Assembly: GCA_963799775.1 (NCBI GenBank)
Contig: CAWCYD010000003.1
Span: forward strand, 608,001-672,000
Direction of reading: 5' to 3'
Length of the DNA stretch: 64,000 bases
Origin: an uncultured archaeon
GTDB taxonomy: Archaea; Thermoproteota; Nitrososphaeria; Nitrososphaerales; Gagatemarchaeaceae
The position numbers and the translations under genes are program-made. The notes under the pieces are model-generated. The model was not told the DNA's origin. It saw only the letters and a list, made by a program, of their open reading frames with translations, and ran no database searches. Of the stretch, positions 38,837-49,652 are shown one piece after another (position 1 is the first letter of the stretch; the number at the start of each line of letters is the position of its first letter).

Positions 38837-39246
38837 ACCCTTCGATCGTGTTCGATACCGGCGCCCTCACCCTGTTCTGCGCCGAAGATGAGAGGTTGCG
38901 CGAGTTGGTCGACAAGTCGGACGAGCAGGGCGCGACCCAGTTCGTCTCAGCCGTCACAATCGGAGAGTTCTACTACAAGACATGCCAAACTCTGGGCCGC
39001 GAGACCGCAAGCGTCTGGTCAAAGCAAATCAGTGAAAGGATGGAAATCGTCAGCGTGGATGCAGACACGTCTCTTTCTGCAGGGCTCGAGAAATGCAGAA
39101 ACAACAGACTCTCGCTCGCCGATTGCTACGCTCTGACACTAGCAAAGCAAGTTAGAGGGCTGCTTCTAACCACAGACAGCGAACTGGCCAAAAGCAAGGA
39201 AACTTCCGTGAGGCTTTTCCAGGTGGGTGCGTCGTCGAAAGTCTAG
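38833..39246 (+). CDS. vapC: VapC PIN toxin
   Basis: IVFDTGAL, VTIGEFY, LSLADC, LLTTDSEL, ATGA overlap with the antitoxin. Confidence 0.9.
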   Translation: MNPSIVFDTGALTLFCAEDERLRELVDKSDEQGATQFVSAVTIGEFYYKTCQTLGRETASVWSKQISERMEIVSVDADTSLSAGLEKCRNNRLSLADCYALTLAKQVRGLLLTTDSELAKSKETSVRLFQVGASSKV

Positions 39247-41723
39247 GTGGCGGACTCTTTCGTCTCATCGAATTCGTCTGAGGTCTTCCTCCGCCGCTTC
39301 ACTATCTGCCTCGCTCCCAAGGCGATGACGACGATTATCACGATGACGATCAGTATCGGAAGGATGCTCCCGATTATCCCCAGGCTCCGAGAGGTCGCGC
39401 CCGAGATAGGGAGACTGCTCCCCGAGGTGACGAGGATGTTCGTCCCGGTCGTCTGGTTCCCCAAGGCCGGGTCATGGACCACGGCCGTGACGGTGGCGAC
39501 GCCGTTGGTTGCAGGGATGAAAGTGTCGGTAAACTGCCCGTTCGCATCGGTGACCCCGCCCGGAGTGAGCATGCTGCCCGAGGTCGTCGAGATCGAGACG
39601 TTCGCGCCCTTCACGGGCACCCCGTTAGCGTCGACCTGCAGCTGGACGGTTGCAGTGGCCGCGATGGCGATCACAGGCTCGGAGCTTATGAGAGTTATCG
39701 AGACAGGCAGGGACAACTCCAAGAGGTTCGCGCTGGATGAGCTCAGACCGCTAGACGAAGCAGTCAGGACCGTCGACCCTGGGCCCGAAGTCTTGACCAT
39801 CGTCCAGGCGTAGTCCGCTCCCTGTGGGATGTCGAGCTGGAGCGGCTTGGAGATCATGCTGCTGTTGGAGCTGGTTATCACGATTGGGGTGTCCTGCCGC
39901 GCCCGCGCAGGCTGCGAGGTCGAATCCTGCAGCTGGACTGCGATTATCGCGTCTCCCTGAGGCCCGAATGATTGGATCCCGCTCGAAGGGGCGATGTAAA
40001 AGCCGAGCTGGGAGGGCGCGGGGCTCACGCTCGTGAAACTCGCGGCCGAGGAGGAATAGCCAGAGGCCGTCGCTGTGATGTTGGCGACGCCGGGCGAGAT
40101 CGTCGTGCTCACGTTCGCGAGGGCGAAAGAACTGCCCGCGGCGAGGATGACGCTGGAGTTCAGGGTAGCGATGTTGGTGGTCGAGCTCGTCAGCATCACG
40201 GTTGTGTTAGCCGGCGCCTCGGCGGGGAGCCCTGATGCGTCCTCGAACGAGACCAGGAGCACAGAGTAGGCGTTCCCATCGGCCGGCAGCTTGGAGACCA
40301 CAGATTGGACAGCGACTTTGGTCGGCGTCGGGCCATAGCTGGCGACCGAGATGGAGGCCGACTGGAGGTTCTGGGCGATCGCCGTGATGAAGGTGCTCCC
40401 GACGGAGAAGGTGGACGTGAACGTAGCAACAGCGAAACTAGAGCCGGCGGCGATCGTCACATCCTCACCGACGTTCCCTACGGACGCATCTGAGGAGGTG
40501 AGCGTTACCTGGGTGTCTGTGGTCGCTAGAGCGGGGTTCCCACTGGCGTCGGTCAACGCCACCAGTATCGAGTCGTAGGGTTTCGCGTCAGCGGGGACAG
40601 GGTTGGGGGCAACCTCGAGGGCCAGCTTGACAGGGGAGACCGGACTGACCACCGTGACCACTGAGAACGCCGACCTTAGGCCCGGTGAGGATGCCGTGAG
40701 GTTAGCATTGCCGGCCACCGAGGCGCTCGAGAACGACGTCACCGAATACACCTCTCCCTGATGAATCGTGACGGTCTGCTGGACCGACACAATCGTGGTG
40801 TTAGACGATGCTATCACGACCGAGACAGGCGCGGGAGCAGGAGTCGGGTTTCCAGACGAGTCTACGAGAGTCACCACGAGCCTTCCTGAGGTGGCGGTCG
40901 CGACCGGGTCAGGCTGGGCGAAGAGCGCGAGACCGAAGGGCGAGGCCCCCTGAAGCGAGACAGTGCCCGACCCTGAGCCGAAACCAGAGGCCGAGGCAGT
41001 GATAGTCGCCGACCCAGGAGAGGCGCCCACATCGTACGCCGTCGAGGCGAAGATGGACCCGCTTGCTATCGTCAGAGTGCTGTTCGGAAGGCTCGCCACG
41101 TTGTTGTCCGAAGAGGAAAGCGTCACCAAGATGGGCGAGCTAGACTTTGCGGGAGACCCCGTAGAGTCGAGGGCCTCGACCAGAACGATTCCTGGAGCAG
41201 ACTGGCCCACCACCTGTGTCCCGGGAACGGGTATCACGCTCAGGCGGGTCGCGAAACCGCTGAGGGTGACAGTTGTGAGCGAAGTAGACACCGCGCTGAG
41301 TCCTGGCGAAGAGGCCGAGATCGACGTCGTCCCAGGAGTTGTGCTTGTGGTGAAGTTTGCGACCGCGAAGCAGGCCCCCTTCGAGATTGTCGCCTGCGAA
41401 GAGATGCTCCCGACGCCAGCCTGGGAGGAGGTCAGGAACACGACAGTGTCATTGAGCGCGAGAGACGCCCCGCCGGAGCTCTCTAAGTAGACCACCACCG
41501 CGGGATATGATCCGCCATCCGCGGGAAGCTTGGGCGGGATGACCGAGATGGCCAACGAGGTGGGAGTCGCCGAATGACTCTGAGCCGGGGATGAGGTGGT
41601 CGTCGTGGTGCTCGTGGTCGATGTCGATGCGGCCATGGCACCGGGGAAAACCAGGATTGAGAGAAGAAGCAACGCGGCGAATGAGAGAGCGCGAGACAGC
41701 GCGCCGCCAGCATAGCTCTTCAT
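39243..41723 (-). CDS. Surface protein with tandem invasin/intimin-type Ig-like repeats and C-terminal TM anchor
   Basis: Signal peptide, repeated PADG..V.L.D..GNP..VTLTSS..ITASA.G units, TM followed by KRRRK. Confidence 0.85.
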   Translation of the reverse strand: MKSYAGGALSRALSFAALLLLSILVFPGAMAASTSTTSTTTTTSSPAQSHSATPTSLAISVIPPKLPADGGSYPAVVVYLESSGGASLALNDTVVFLTSSQAGVGSISSQATISKGACFAVANFTTSTTPGTTSISASSPGLSAVSTSLTTVTLSGFATRLSVIPVPGTQVVGQSAPGIVLVEALDSTGSPAKSSSPILVTLSSSDNNVASLPNSTLTIASGSIFASTAYDVGASPGSATITASASGFGSGSGTVSLQGASPFGLALFAQPDPVATATSGRLVVTLVDSSGNPTPAPAPVSVVIASSNTTIVSVQQTVTIHQGEVYSVTSFSSASVAGNANLTASSPGLRSAFSVVTVVSPVSPVKLALEVAPNPVPADAKPYDSILVALTDASGNPALATTDTQVTLTSSDASVGNVGEDVTIAAGSSFAVATFTSTFSVGSTFITAIAQNLQSASISVASYGPTPTKVAVQSVVSKLPADGNAYSVLLVSFEDASGLPAEAPANTTVMLTSSTTNIATLNSSVILAAGSSFALANVSTTISPGVANITATASGYSSSAASFTSVSPAPSQLGFYIAPSSGIQSFGPQGDAIIAVQLQDSTSQPARARQDTPIVITSSNSSMISKPLQLDIPQGADYAWTMVKTSGPGSTVLTASSSGLSSSSANLLELSLPVSITLISSEPVIAIAATATVQLQVDANGVPVKGANVSISTTSGSMLTPGGVTDANGQFTDTFIPATNGVATVTAVVHDPALGNQTTGTNILVTSGSSLPISGATSRSLGIIGSILPILIVIVIIVVIALGARQIVKRRRKTSDEFDETKESAT

Positions 41724-41786
41724 TTCAGGTCGCCTCGTTGAGCCGAGCGTATATAGCCGGTTGGTGTGTCACTTTGGTCAGGACAC

Positions 41787-44700
41787 CTACGAAAGAGACT
41801 TCGACATGTCCCTTCTCATCCTCATCAAGACAAGGATCGACGCGGAACCCGCTCCGGCGACGGCCGCGACCATGACGAAGAGCGAGATGATGCTCAGCGC
41901 CACTCGGCCGACAGGGATTGTCGCGCCAGAGGCCGCGTCTCCGTCGATGTGGGCGGTAGACCCCAAGCTTGTCACTTTCGCAGAATAGGTCCCGAGAGGT
42001 ATCATGGCCACGGAGAAGATCCCGTTGCTCTTGGTCACGCCGTTGATTGTGGTGCCGTTGGCGAGAGACATCGCGACGTGGGCCCCTGCCACAGGCAGCC
42101 CGAAGAGGTCGACCACCTTGAGGGAGGCGCTATACACTCGCGTCTCCAGTGTGATGTTGAGCGGCGCTCCCTTCACGACGAAGGAGGGCGAGCCCGCAGG
42201 CCCGACGCCGACTCCTTCCCAAACCACCGAGGAGACCGAGAAAGCCGTCCCGTTCGGGAACCACGCCGAGGAACCTTGGATCTCCGTTGTCGAGTTGCCT
42301 ATGGTTAGGTCGACGACGCTCGGTGTGACGGCGTTCCGTCCAACGCTGTCGAAGAACTGGAAGTTGACCAGATACTGCGTGTTCGCAGTGAATGCGAGTG
42401 TCACGGGGCCCGTGAAGGTCACGGAGGGCGTCGTGAAAGTGGAGGAGCTGGCGGAAGCTTGAACGGGGACTGGCGTTGCCCCGTTGATTGAATACGAAGA
42501 CAGGGTCTCAATCGTCCCTTGGCCCGAAGTGGCATTCCATTGGCGGGGGACCGTGAACGTCTCCTTCGAGCCGGAGTCGAAGTAGGAGTCCTGGGTCGGG
42601 GACGGAGGGATCGCAGAGACCTGCTGCGGGCCCGAGGTCGAGAGGAGGTATTGTGTCACGGAAGTTATCGCTATGGTGTGCGCCCCAGTCATGGACAGGC
42701 TGATCAGGAAGGTGCTGTTTCCAGGGCGCGTCAGGGTTGTCTTCGCGCCCCCGTCAATCGTGTAGCTCGTCGCGCTCTGCCTCGAGCCCGTCGAGTTGGT
42801 CGCCCAGGTCGAATCGAAGACAGCCTTGACGGCGACGCCGGAGTCATACCACCCTGGCAGATCTCCGGGGATGGTGGAGTTGGTGACCGATATCCACGGG
42901 ACCGGATTGGAGCTGAGGTGATACTGCGGGCCGGTCTTGGTCGTTATCGCTTCAGGCGCCGATATCCCGGACAGGCTGAGAGCTTGGACGGTGGAGGTGC
43001 TGAAGACGGTCGTCGTCTTCAGGCTGACCGTGTACGACACCAGCCTGCTCCCTGCGCTTGCAGTCCTTCCCCATACTCCGTTCAAGACGACCGAGACCGG
43101 CGTTCCGCTGTCATACCAATACTTGTCACCTGCAATCGCGGGAGGCGTGATCGAGGAGAGCGAGGCGATCCCTCCGCTGTCGAGGGTCAGCTGGTATTGC
43201 GTGACCACGTCGCCTGAGATCGACTCGGGCGATGTGATCTGCGCAAGATTGAGCGCGTTCACCAGACCGGACGAACCCACAGCGACGGGTGCCCCGCCGC
43301 TGATGGAGTAGGAGGCCAGCCTGTCTCCTGTGCCCGAGGCCCTGCTCCAGACGCTGTTCAGCACGACGCCCACAGGCGTCCCAGAGTCGTACCAGCCGGA
43401 GTCCAAGGGTATGCTGGGGCTCGTTATCGTTGATAGGGCGCTCGTCGTCGCCTTGTCGAGGGTCACCTGGTACTGGACGACGCTGGTGGTGTTGATGAGT
43501 TGAGGGGCAGTCATCGCCCCCGTCCTGATTGTCAACTGGTTCGTCTGGGCGATCTTTGTGACAGGCCCGCCGTCGAGCTGCCACGAAGCGGTCCGGTCGC
43601 CCGTCCCCGCGGAACGAGAATAGATCCCGTTGAGCACGACGCTCACGGCGGGGGATCCGGCATCATACCAGAAGGTGTCTCCCTGGAATGTGGACGGAGG
43701 TGAGACCGAGGCGAACGCACCAGCCGCTGCCGGGTTCAGCACCACCTCGTACTGCGTGGCGCTAGTTGTGGTGATGGAGATGGGGGTCTGGATTAGTGGA
43801 TTGGAGTAAGCTTGGATGGTCCCTGTGGTGTTGACGTGAAGGGTGGGCTGACCTGTTGCCGAGATGGATGTCAGTCGATGCCCGGTGCCGCCCGCTCTTC
43901 CCCAAGCTCCGTTGAGGGCGATCTGGACGGGTGAACCTGTGTCATACCAGTAGTTGTCTCCAGGGATGGTGGGCGGAGTGATGGAGCTGAGGCCCCCGCT
44001 CGCTCCCGCGTCGAGGCTTACCTGGAACTGGGTCACTGACTTGAAGGTGATGGTGTGGGGCCCTTCCATCGAGATGTAGAGGGTCAGCGTGGATAGGGGC
44101 TGAGACAGCGTCACGGGGCTCTTGGAGTCGATGGTGTAGGAAGTCACTCTGTATCCCGTCCCTTGTGACCTTCCCCAGACGCCCGGCGTGTTGAGGGTCG
44201 TGTTCGTGCCTGCGCTGACCCACTGCGTGGGGAGCGTCGCGCCTACGATGGTGAGGAGGTATTGCTGGTCGTAAGCGACGTCCACGATGTTGTTGGGGGC
44301 AGGGCCGATTATGGTCCCTGTCGCGGCGGGCGCGAACCACCTCTCAGTGCTTCCTGAGCTGGCGAGGATGCTCGTTGTGGAATACGTTGTCTGAGCGTCA
44401 GCCCAGAACATCTGCTCGCTTGTGGTGAGCGTCAACTGCTGGACGCTTCCCGCGAACATGTAGCTGAGGTTCGGCTGTGTCGACGACGGTGGAGCTTGCA
44501 GGCCCACGATGGAGAACGCGAACCCTTCGAGATACTGATGGAAGTAGACTGGGCTGATTTTGGTGGCCTGCGTTATCGTTCCCGTGGTCGAGTTGTTCAG
44601 CTCCCATCTCTCGCTGCTGTTCGTGCTGATGCAGCAGATATCAGCCGGCAGAGTGTAGGTCGAGCCGCCGTCGACCCAGACCGCCTCGTTCGCAGACGTC

Positions 44701-45737
44701 GAAGCCTTTGAGCCGAATTGCTGGTAGTTGAAGGGCGGCAGCGTCAAGCCCGTGGTGCTCCCTCCGTTGAACGTGAATGTGACGTTCACAAGGAACTGCT
44801 GGTAGTAGACCGGGGTGACCGGTATCGGGCCGGTCACCGTCCCGTTGTTGTCCATCGAGAGCGCCGTCCCCGTCTGCGCGGGCACCAAGACGGTCCCAAC
44901 CCACTTCTGATTGGTCACACTCACGGGCGTGATAACGGAGGTCCACGAATAGGATGCCCCCGCATCGAACCAGACGTTCTGAGTGCTCGGGCTCAGAGTG
45001 ATGCCCGTGTTCGAGCCGAATGCCATGCTGTCGATGACCGGGGCTGCCGGCGGTCCGCCCCCCACGACAGAGTAGCTCGTTGCGACCAGGTATTGGTGCC
45101 AATAGGTCGAGGTGATGCTCGTGGGAGCCGAGATCGTGCCGCTTCCACCCGAGGGGAGTATCCATCTCTCGTTGGTGGAGGTTCCAGGGAGCTCACCGCT
45201 GTAAGAGTAGGGGGAAGAGGCATCCACCCAGACCGGGCTGGCTCCCGCGGGCGATGAGGTGCCCGATCCCATCTCGTCATAGCTGACGGACGGCGGTGAG
45301 TATCCTGACCCTCCTTTCGTGATGTTGAAGTTGAACGTCACCAGGTACTGATGGTAATAGCTGAAGCTGATCGTCAGAGGCGTCGTGATGACGCCCGAGA
45401 CGTCCTGACTGGTCGTCCACCTCTCCTTGCTCGAGGAGCCGTTGAGGACGGTCAGGGCGCTCCATTGCGTCCCCGAATCCACCAGGTAGCCTGTGGGCGT
45501 CGAGGTCAGGGGGACGACCACGGTCGCTCCGCCGCTTACGTATTGCAACAGGTCTTGAGTGCCGCTGGAGCCGCCGCCGATGACCGAGTAACTCGCGGTG
45601 AGGGTGACCTGCGACGTGGCGTGCGCAGGGACCGCAGAGGGCCCGGCGATGAAGGAGAACGCTAGAAATGCGACGGTTGCGAGTGACAGAACCCCCAAGA
45701 CTGAGCGAATCCTCAATTTCCGGCCCTCACCACTCAT
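41787..45737 (-). CDS. Large surface protein (1316 aa) with tandem QY-type beta repeats and C-terminal TM anchor
   Basis: Signal peptide, more than ten repeats of W.DSG...ERW...QY.V, C-terminal TM. Confidence 0.85.
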   Translation of the reverse strand: MSGEGRKLRIRSVLGVLSLATVAFLAFSFIAGPSAVPAHATSQVTLTASYSVIGGGSSGTQDLLQYVSGGATVVVPLTSTPTGYLVDSGTQWSALTVLNGSSSKERWTTSQDVSGVITTPLTISFSYYHQYLVTFNFNITKGGSGYSPPSVSYDEMGSGTSSPAGASPVWVDASSPYSYSGELPGTSTNERWILPSGGSGTISAPTSITSTYWHQYLVATSYSVVGGGPPAAPVIDSMAFGSNTGITLSPSTQNVWFDAGASYSWTSVITPVSVTNQKWVGTVLVPAQTGTALSMDNNGTVTGPIPVTPVYYQQFLVNVTFTFNGGSTTGLTLPPFNYQQFGSKASTSANEAVWVDGGSTYTLPADICCISTNSSERWELNNSTTGTITQATKISPVYFHQYLEGFAFSIVGLQAPPSSTQPNLSYMFAGSVQQLTLTTSEQMFWADAQTTYSTTSILASSGSTERWFAPAATGTIIGPAPNNIVDVAYDQQYLLTIVGATLPTQWVSAGTNTTLNTPGVWGRSQGTGYRVTSYTIDSKSPVTLSQPLSTLTLYISMEGPHTITFKSVTQFQVSLDAGASGGLSSITPPTIPGDNYWYDTGSPVQIALNGAWGRAGGTGHRLTSISATGQPTLHVNTTGTIQAYSNPLIQTPISITTTSATQYEVVLNPAAAGAFASVSPPSTFQGDTFWYDAGSPAVSVVLNGIYSRSAGTGDRTASWQLDGGPVTKIAQTNQLTIRTGAMTAPQLINTTSVVQYQVTLDKATTSALSTITSPSIPLDSGWYDSGTPVGVVLNSVWSRASGTGDRLASYSISGGAPVAVGSSGLVNALNLAQITSPESISGDVVTQYQLTLDSGGIASLSSITPPAIAGDKYWYDSGTPVSVVLNGVWGRTASAGSRLVSYTVSLKTTTVFSTSTVQALSLSGISAPEAITTKTGPQYHLSSNPVPWISVTNSTIPGDLPGWYDSGVAVKAVFDSTWATNSTGSRQSATSYTIDGGAKTTLTRPGNSTFLISLSMTGAHTIAITSVTQYLLSTSGPQQVSAIPPSPTQDSYFDSGSKETFTVPRQWNATSGQGTIETLSSYSINGATPVPVQASASSSTFTTPSVTFTGPVTLAFTANTQYLVNFQFFDSVGRNAVTPSVVDLTIGNSTTEIQGSSAWFPNGTAFSVSSVVWEGVGVGPAGSPSFVVKGAPLNITLETRVYSASLKVVDLFGLPVAGAHVAMSLANGTTINGVTKSNGIFSVAMIPLGTYSAKVTSLGSTAHIDGDAASGATIPVGRVALSIISLFVMVAAVAGAGSASILVLMRMRRDMSKSLS

Positions 45738-45890
45738 CCGACGTTCTTTATGCCCTCGCCTCTCGAGACCAAGCTCGACGAGAAGAGAGACGGGATTAGG
45801 GCGATCTGGCCGCTGAGCGCCGCTTTTCTGGCCGCCCCCGATCTCGCCTGCATAGGGTAGTTTAGCGTCAAGGCCTCAAATATTTAGAAA

Positions 45891-46772
45891 GTGTATGCGG
45901 GATTCATATTACTTTTATCGCCCGAGAGGCGGTTTTCACGCGTTATTCTCATGCGCCCTCGGGTGTTGAATCTCGCTGCTCCTTCAAGCGAAGACACCTA
46001 CGAGCTTCTGCTCAACGTAAAATCAAAGATAGGCGTGCTCCATGAGATAACGGGGTTCCTTGCGAAGTCCAAGATAGACATACTCTCCATGCACATCCAA
46101 GCGGCACGAGGAAAGACGGCGGTCATCGTCGCGTACCTTGAGATGGAGGAGTCCAAGACCAACGTCCAGAAGCTCTTGCGAGACCTCCGGGACCTTGATT
46201 TCGTCATCGAGGCAGAGGCCGTGAAGAAGGACGGGCTCATGTTCGAGGAATTCCTATTCCCGATCTTGGTAGACGACGAAGTACGAGGATTCCTGATGAC
46301 GGACAGCGCCTGGATGTCCATAGCGTCCAGGATGGTCCTCACCTACGGAACGGGAGGGCTGGCGATCCTCTACGAGGCAGGGTTGGCGTGCGGCGAGGAA
46401 TACGCCCGGCACCTCCACGCCAAGTTGGGGCTCAACGCGAGCGCAAAGGCGGCCATCGAGAACCTCGGCGCCATGCTGAGGGCAGTGGGGATGGGCGTCA
46501 CAGAGATGAACGCGACCACCGACGGGTTCCTCGTGAAGGTCACGCAACCGGTAATCCCGGCGACGGAGACCAAATTCCACGACCGATTCCTGGCGGGCCT
46601 CATCGCCGGCGCGGCGGGGAGGTTGATGGCCACTAGCTACTCGGTGGAGAACGTAAAGTTCGAGGGAGACGAGCTGAGTTTCAAGCTCAGCCAGCGCGCT
46701 CCTGAGAACCGGACAAACGAAGCCAGAGCCAGAGGTCCTGAGAGCTCGATCAAGAGCGTCCGAGTGCCCTAG
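45891..46772 (+). CDS. ACT + V4R-like sensor protein
   Basis: VKSKIGVLHEITGFLAKSKIDILS (ACT), then ILYEAG..G.EYA...GMG...FLAGLIAG. Start may be 45951. Confidence 0.75.
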   Translation: MYAGFILLLSPERRFSRVILMRPRVLNLAAPSSEDTYELLLNVKSKIGVLHEITGFLAKSKIDILSMHIQAARGKTAVIVAYLEMEESKTNVQKLLRDLRDLDFVIEAEAVKKDGLMFEEFLFPILVDDEVRGFLMTDSAWMSIASRMVLTYGTGGLAILYEAGLACGEEYARHLHAKLGLNASAKAAIENLGAMLRAVGMGVTEMNATTDGFLVKVTQPVIPATETKFHDRFLAGLIAGAAGRLMATSYSVENVKFEGDELSFKLSQRAPENRTNEARARGPESSIKSVRVP

Positions 46773-48149
46773 GCCTGCTTCTTGACGTGCAGGCCGCCCG
46801 AATCGTAGCTAAAGTTGGCCGAGTAGAGGTTCCTGACCACGTTGATCGTCTTGTCATCGTGGGCCTTTGAGAGGACTATGGAGACGAAGACGACGTCGCC
46901 GCGGCTCACTATCTCGTTCATCTGTCTAAGGAACTTGTAGGTCTCCTGGAACCCTCCGTCGAGGATCATCGACGAGATGTTGTCGAAGACGATCGCCTTC
47001 GGCTTTTCCGGGGACTCGGTGACCGCCTCGTCCATCACGTTCAGCAGCACCGAGTGGTCGTTTCGGGGGACAAGGACCTCGAGCGGCGTGCCAGACGCCT
47101 TTGGATAGGAGACGTCGGCGAAGACGAAGAAGCGCACCCCTGGGGCCTCGTGAACCAAGAGATAGACGGGGCTTCCCTTGGAGGTGAGGACGAAGACGGT
47201 GCGCCCTTTGGCCAGCATGTCCTGCCCAAAGTCCCTGATCGCGCGCTCGTAGTTGGAGGAAGGGTCGGCCTCCAGGAGCGTGGACCCCTTGTATTCTACC
47301 ACGCTACCTCGCGCTCCGGGTTCCCTATTAATATCCGATGGGGTCATGGTGGCCGAATTCGCGGAATCCGTCGGCTTGAAGAGATCCTCGAGGACGGAGC
47401 CCCGTCTCATGGCTATCCCTATGCTCGCCAGGAGGAGGCCGACGATCACCTGGCCGGGTGCTATCGCGTCGACGGAGACCGTGGGAAGGTAGCCCAGGAT
47501 CATCAGGCCCACGAACGCTATCAGTGTCCCAGCCCCCCGAGATCAGCGTCACGGCCCTTCTCGTGGAGCTGTCGCGTATCGCCCTGATGCCTATCACGTA
47601 CTCGGTGGTCGGGAACACGAGGAAGATGAGGAACGCCACCTCTGCGAGGCCGAGGAACGAGCTGTCCAGTCTCGGAAGGAGGTCTTGTGCGCCCGTAAAG
47701 TCGTGGAGGGTGGCGATCGTGAAAGGCTGCTTCACCACCAATAGGACGTCCAGAGCGAGCAGGTAGGCCACGAACAGGAGGAGGCCGAGGCCGTAAGGAA
47801 AGAAGCGCTTTGTGACGAGGGCCACCACCCTCTCTTGGAACGTCGGCTCCGGAGGCCGACAGCAGATGACGTAGGCCAGGCTCGTCAGCAGGATCCCTAT
47901 CCAGAGGATCAGGCTGATCGTCCCGACCGTGTAGAACTCCATGTAACCCGGGACCGAAGAGAAGATGCCGCGCAGGAACTCGAGGAGGAAGATCACCAGG
48001 ATGAAGACGTGAGCGAAGACGAGGATCCACTTCGCGTCGTAGAGCCTGGATATCTTCTGCCTGAGGACGAACCGGAGCGCCACCGACCCTGCCGCGAACT
48101 CAAAGATCGCGAAGAGGACGACCAGAGAGACGGGTAGCGAGCTCGTCAA
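46769..48149 (-). CDS. Multi-pass membrane sensor fused to an inactive KaiC-like (DUF835-like) domain; frameshift near 47535
   Basis: About 7-8 TM segments, then TLLEADPSSNYE...IVFDNISSMIL...TYKFL. Break lies in a C7 run. Confidence 0.7.
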
Positions 48150-48193
48150 AGTTCTCTATTTTTCTCTCACTGCGTCCGCGTTGGCAACCGATA

Positions 48194-48970
48194 TCAATCT
48201 TCCACGCCTGCGACCTGAGGGCTCCTACCGCCCTCCGCAGACAGCACCGACATGACCATGAGGATGCCGCCGAGACAGATCCCTATCCTCCCAACCCAGA
48301 ACACGACTGCGTCGAATTGCCAATCAGACAAGAGAAGGGCGAAGAGGCCCACCGCGATCGTCGCCAAGGACCAGGAATACCAATACAGGATTGAGGAGGT
48401 CGACCTGAGCCCTATGAGGACCGCCGCCAGTCCGAAGATGGCGATCGCGCCGCCGAGCACGGTCTTAGCCGCCGAAGTCGCCCCCGCCCCGGGGTTGAGG
48501 AATCTTGGGAGCACTCCTTGTCCGGCGGCCAATACTATAGCGCCGACGAGGAGCACTGACAGGGCCATGACCCCGAGAGCCGCTAGGCCCGAACCTCTGC
48601 GTTCACTTTGGTGAAAGAACCTGGAAGCCGCGCACGAGAGATGCAGGACCGCTGAGCAGACCGCGGCCAGGATGAAGACCAAGGTGGAGATGTTCGAACC
48701 AGAGTTCCCTGCGAGCAATGCTGCGACCAGCGCTGCGACGCCGAAGACCAGGGAGCCCGACCCCAAGAAGAGCATGCTCGGGAGACCTTCCTTGACGTAG
48801 GCTCTCACCGACACATAGGAGACTATCACTGAACCCGAGGTGATGAAGACTATCGTCAAGACCGGGAAGACAGGGACGGGCAGGGGAGAGGCGGTGAGCT
48901 TCGCCTCATAACTCAAGACGGTGAGAACGACGAGAATCGCCGCTCCGACAGCGCCTTGAAGCCTGGCCAC
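48194..48970 (-). CDS. Stand-alone multi-pass membrane sensor-like protein (MASE-type)
   Basis: About eight TM segments resembling N-terminal sensor modules of kinases, no cytoplasmic domain. Confidence 0.55.
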   Translation of the reverse strand: MARLQGAVGAAILVVLTVLSYEAKLTASPLPVPVFPVLTIVFITSGSVIVSYVSVRAYVKEGLPSMLFLGSGSLVFGVAALVAALLAGNSGSNISTLVFILAAVCSAVLHLSCAASRFFHQSERRGSGLAALGVMALSVLLVGAIVLAAGQGVLPRFLNPGAGATSAAKTVLGGAIAIFGLAAVLIGLRSTSSILYWYSWSLATIAVGLFALLLSDWQFDAVVFWVGRIGICLGGILMVMSVLSAEGGRSPQVAGVED

Positions 48971-48979
48971 TACTCAGCT

Positions 48980-49489
48980 TCACTTTTTGAAGGCGGCTGC
49001 GAATCTTTGCGAAGTGAGCTCGATGGAGGCCTCCAGTTGCCGATTATGGTGTGAGACCAATTCTGACCTGTGCGCGCCGTCGCTCGGCAACGTCGCGAGT
49101 TCGACGAACCTCTTCAAGATCTTCTTCTCGTTCGACGTCACTGAGTGGTTCGGTGCTCCGGCGAGCGCCACGAGGCCCGACCAGCGGTGATGAGGTCTAT
49201 CCTTCCCTACTTGGTCTGCCGTGTTACGAAGCAGTATCCTCGCTATCTCGCATTCGATTATGTGCGCGCCCCTCTCTTGGAATATCTCAGTCATCGCTTG
49301 GTGGAACCTCAAAGGATCGGCCGCGAGACTGGGAAGGGGGTGGAGGCTGAGTAGCATCTGAAGCCCGCTCTCTCCCACGACCTGGCGCAGGCCCTCGGTC
49401 ACGCTCTGCTCTAGGACTACCTGGAAATCTGGCGCGCCGCTTTTCTTTCGCACTCCGGGCTCCAAATCGAGGTCTTTTGCCGGTTGCAT
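48980..49489 (-). CDS. NitrOD5/DUF3227-like small signalling protein
   Basis: EGLRQVVGESG...P.RFHQAMTEIF..GAHIIE.EI pattern. Confidence 0.55.
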   Translation of the reverse strand: MQPAKDLDLEPGVRKKSGAPDFQVVLEQSVTEGLRQVVGESGLQMLLSLHPLPSLAADPLRFHQAMTEIFQERGAHIIECEIARILLRNTADQVGKDRPHHRWSGLVALAGAPNHSVTSNEKKILKRFVELATLPSDGAHRSELVSHHNRQLEASIELTSQRFAAAFKK

Positions 49490-49652
49490 CAGGAATCTAT
49501 ATAGGGATTATGAATTTGGTAATACACCGCGGTCCAGGCGAGCTCCAACTTGCAATAATTGTAGTCTGCTCCCTGTAGTTCATCGGACCTATCTGGAATA
49601 GTAACGTGGTCCTGCATATTCCGATAATACACGAACGGCCGCTGAAGCAGAC

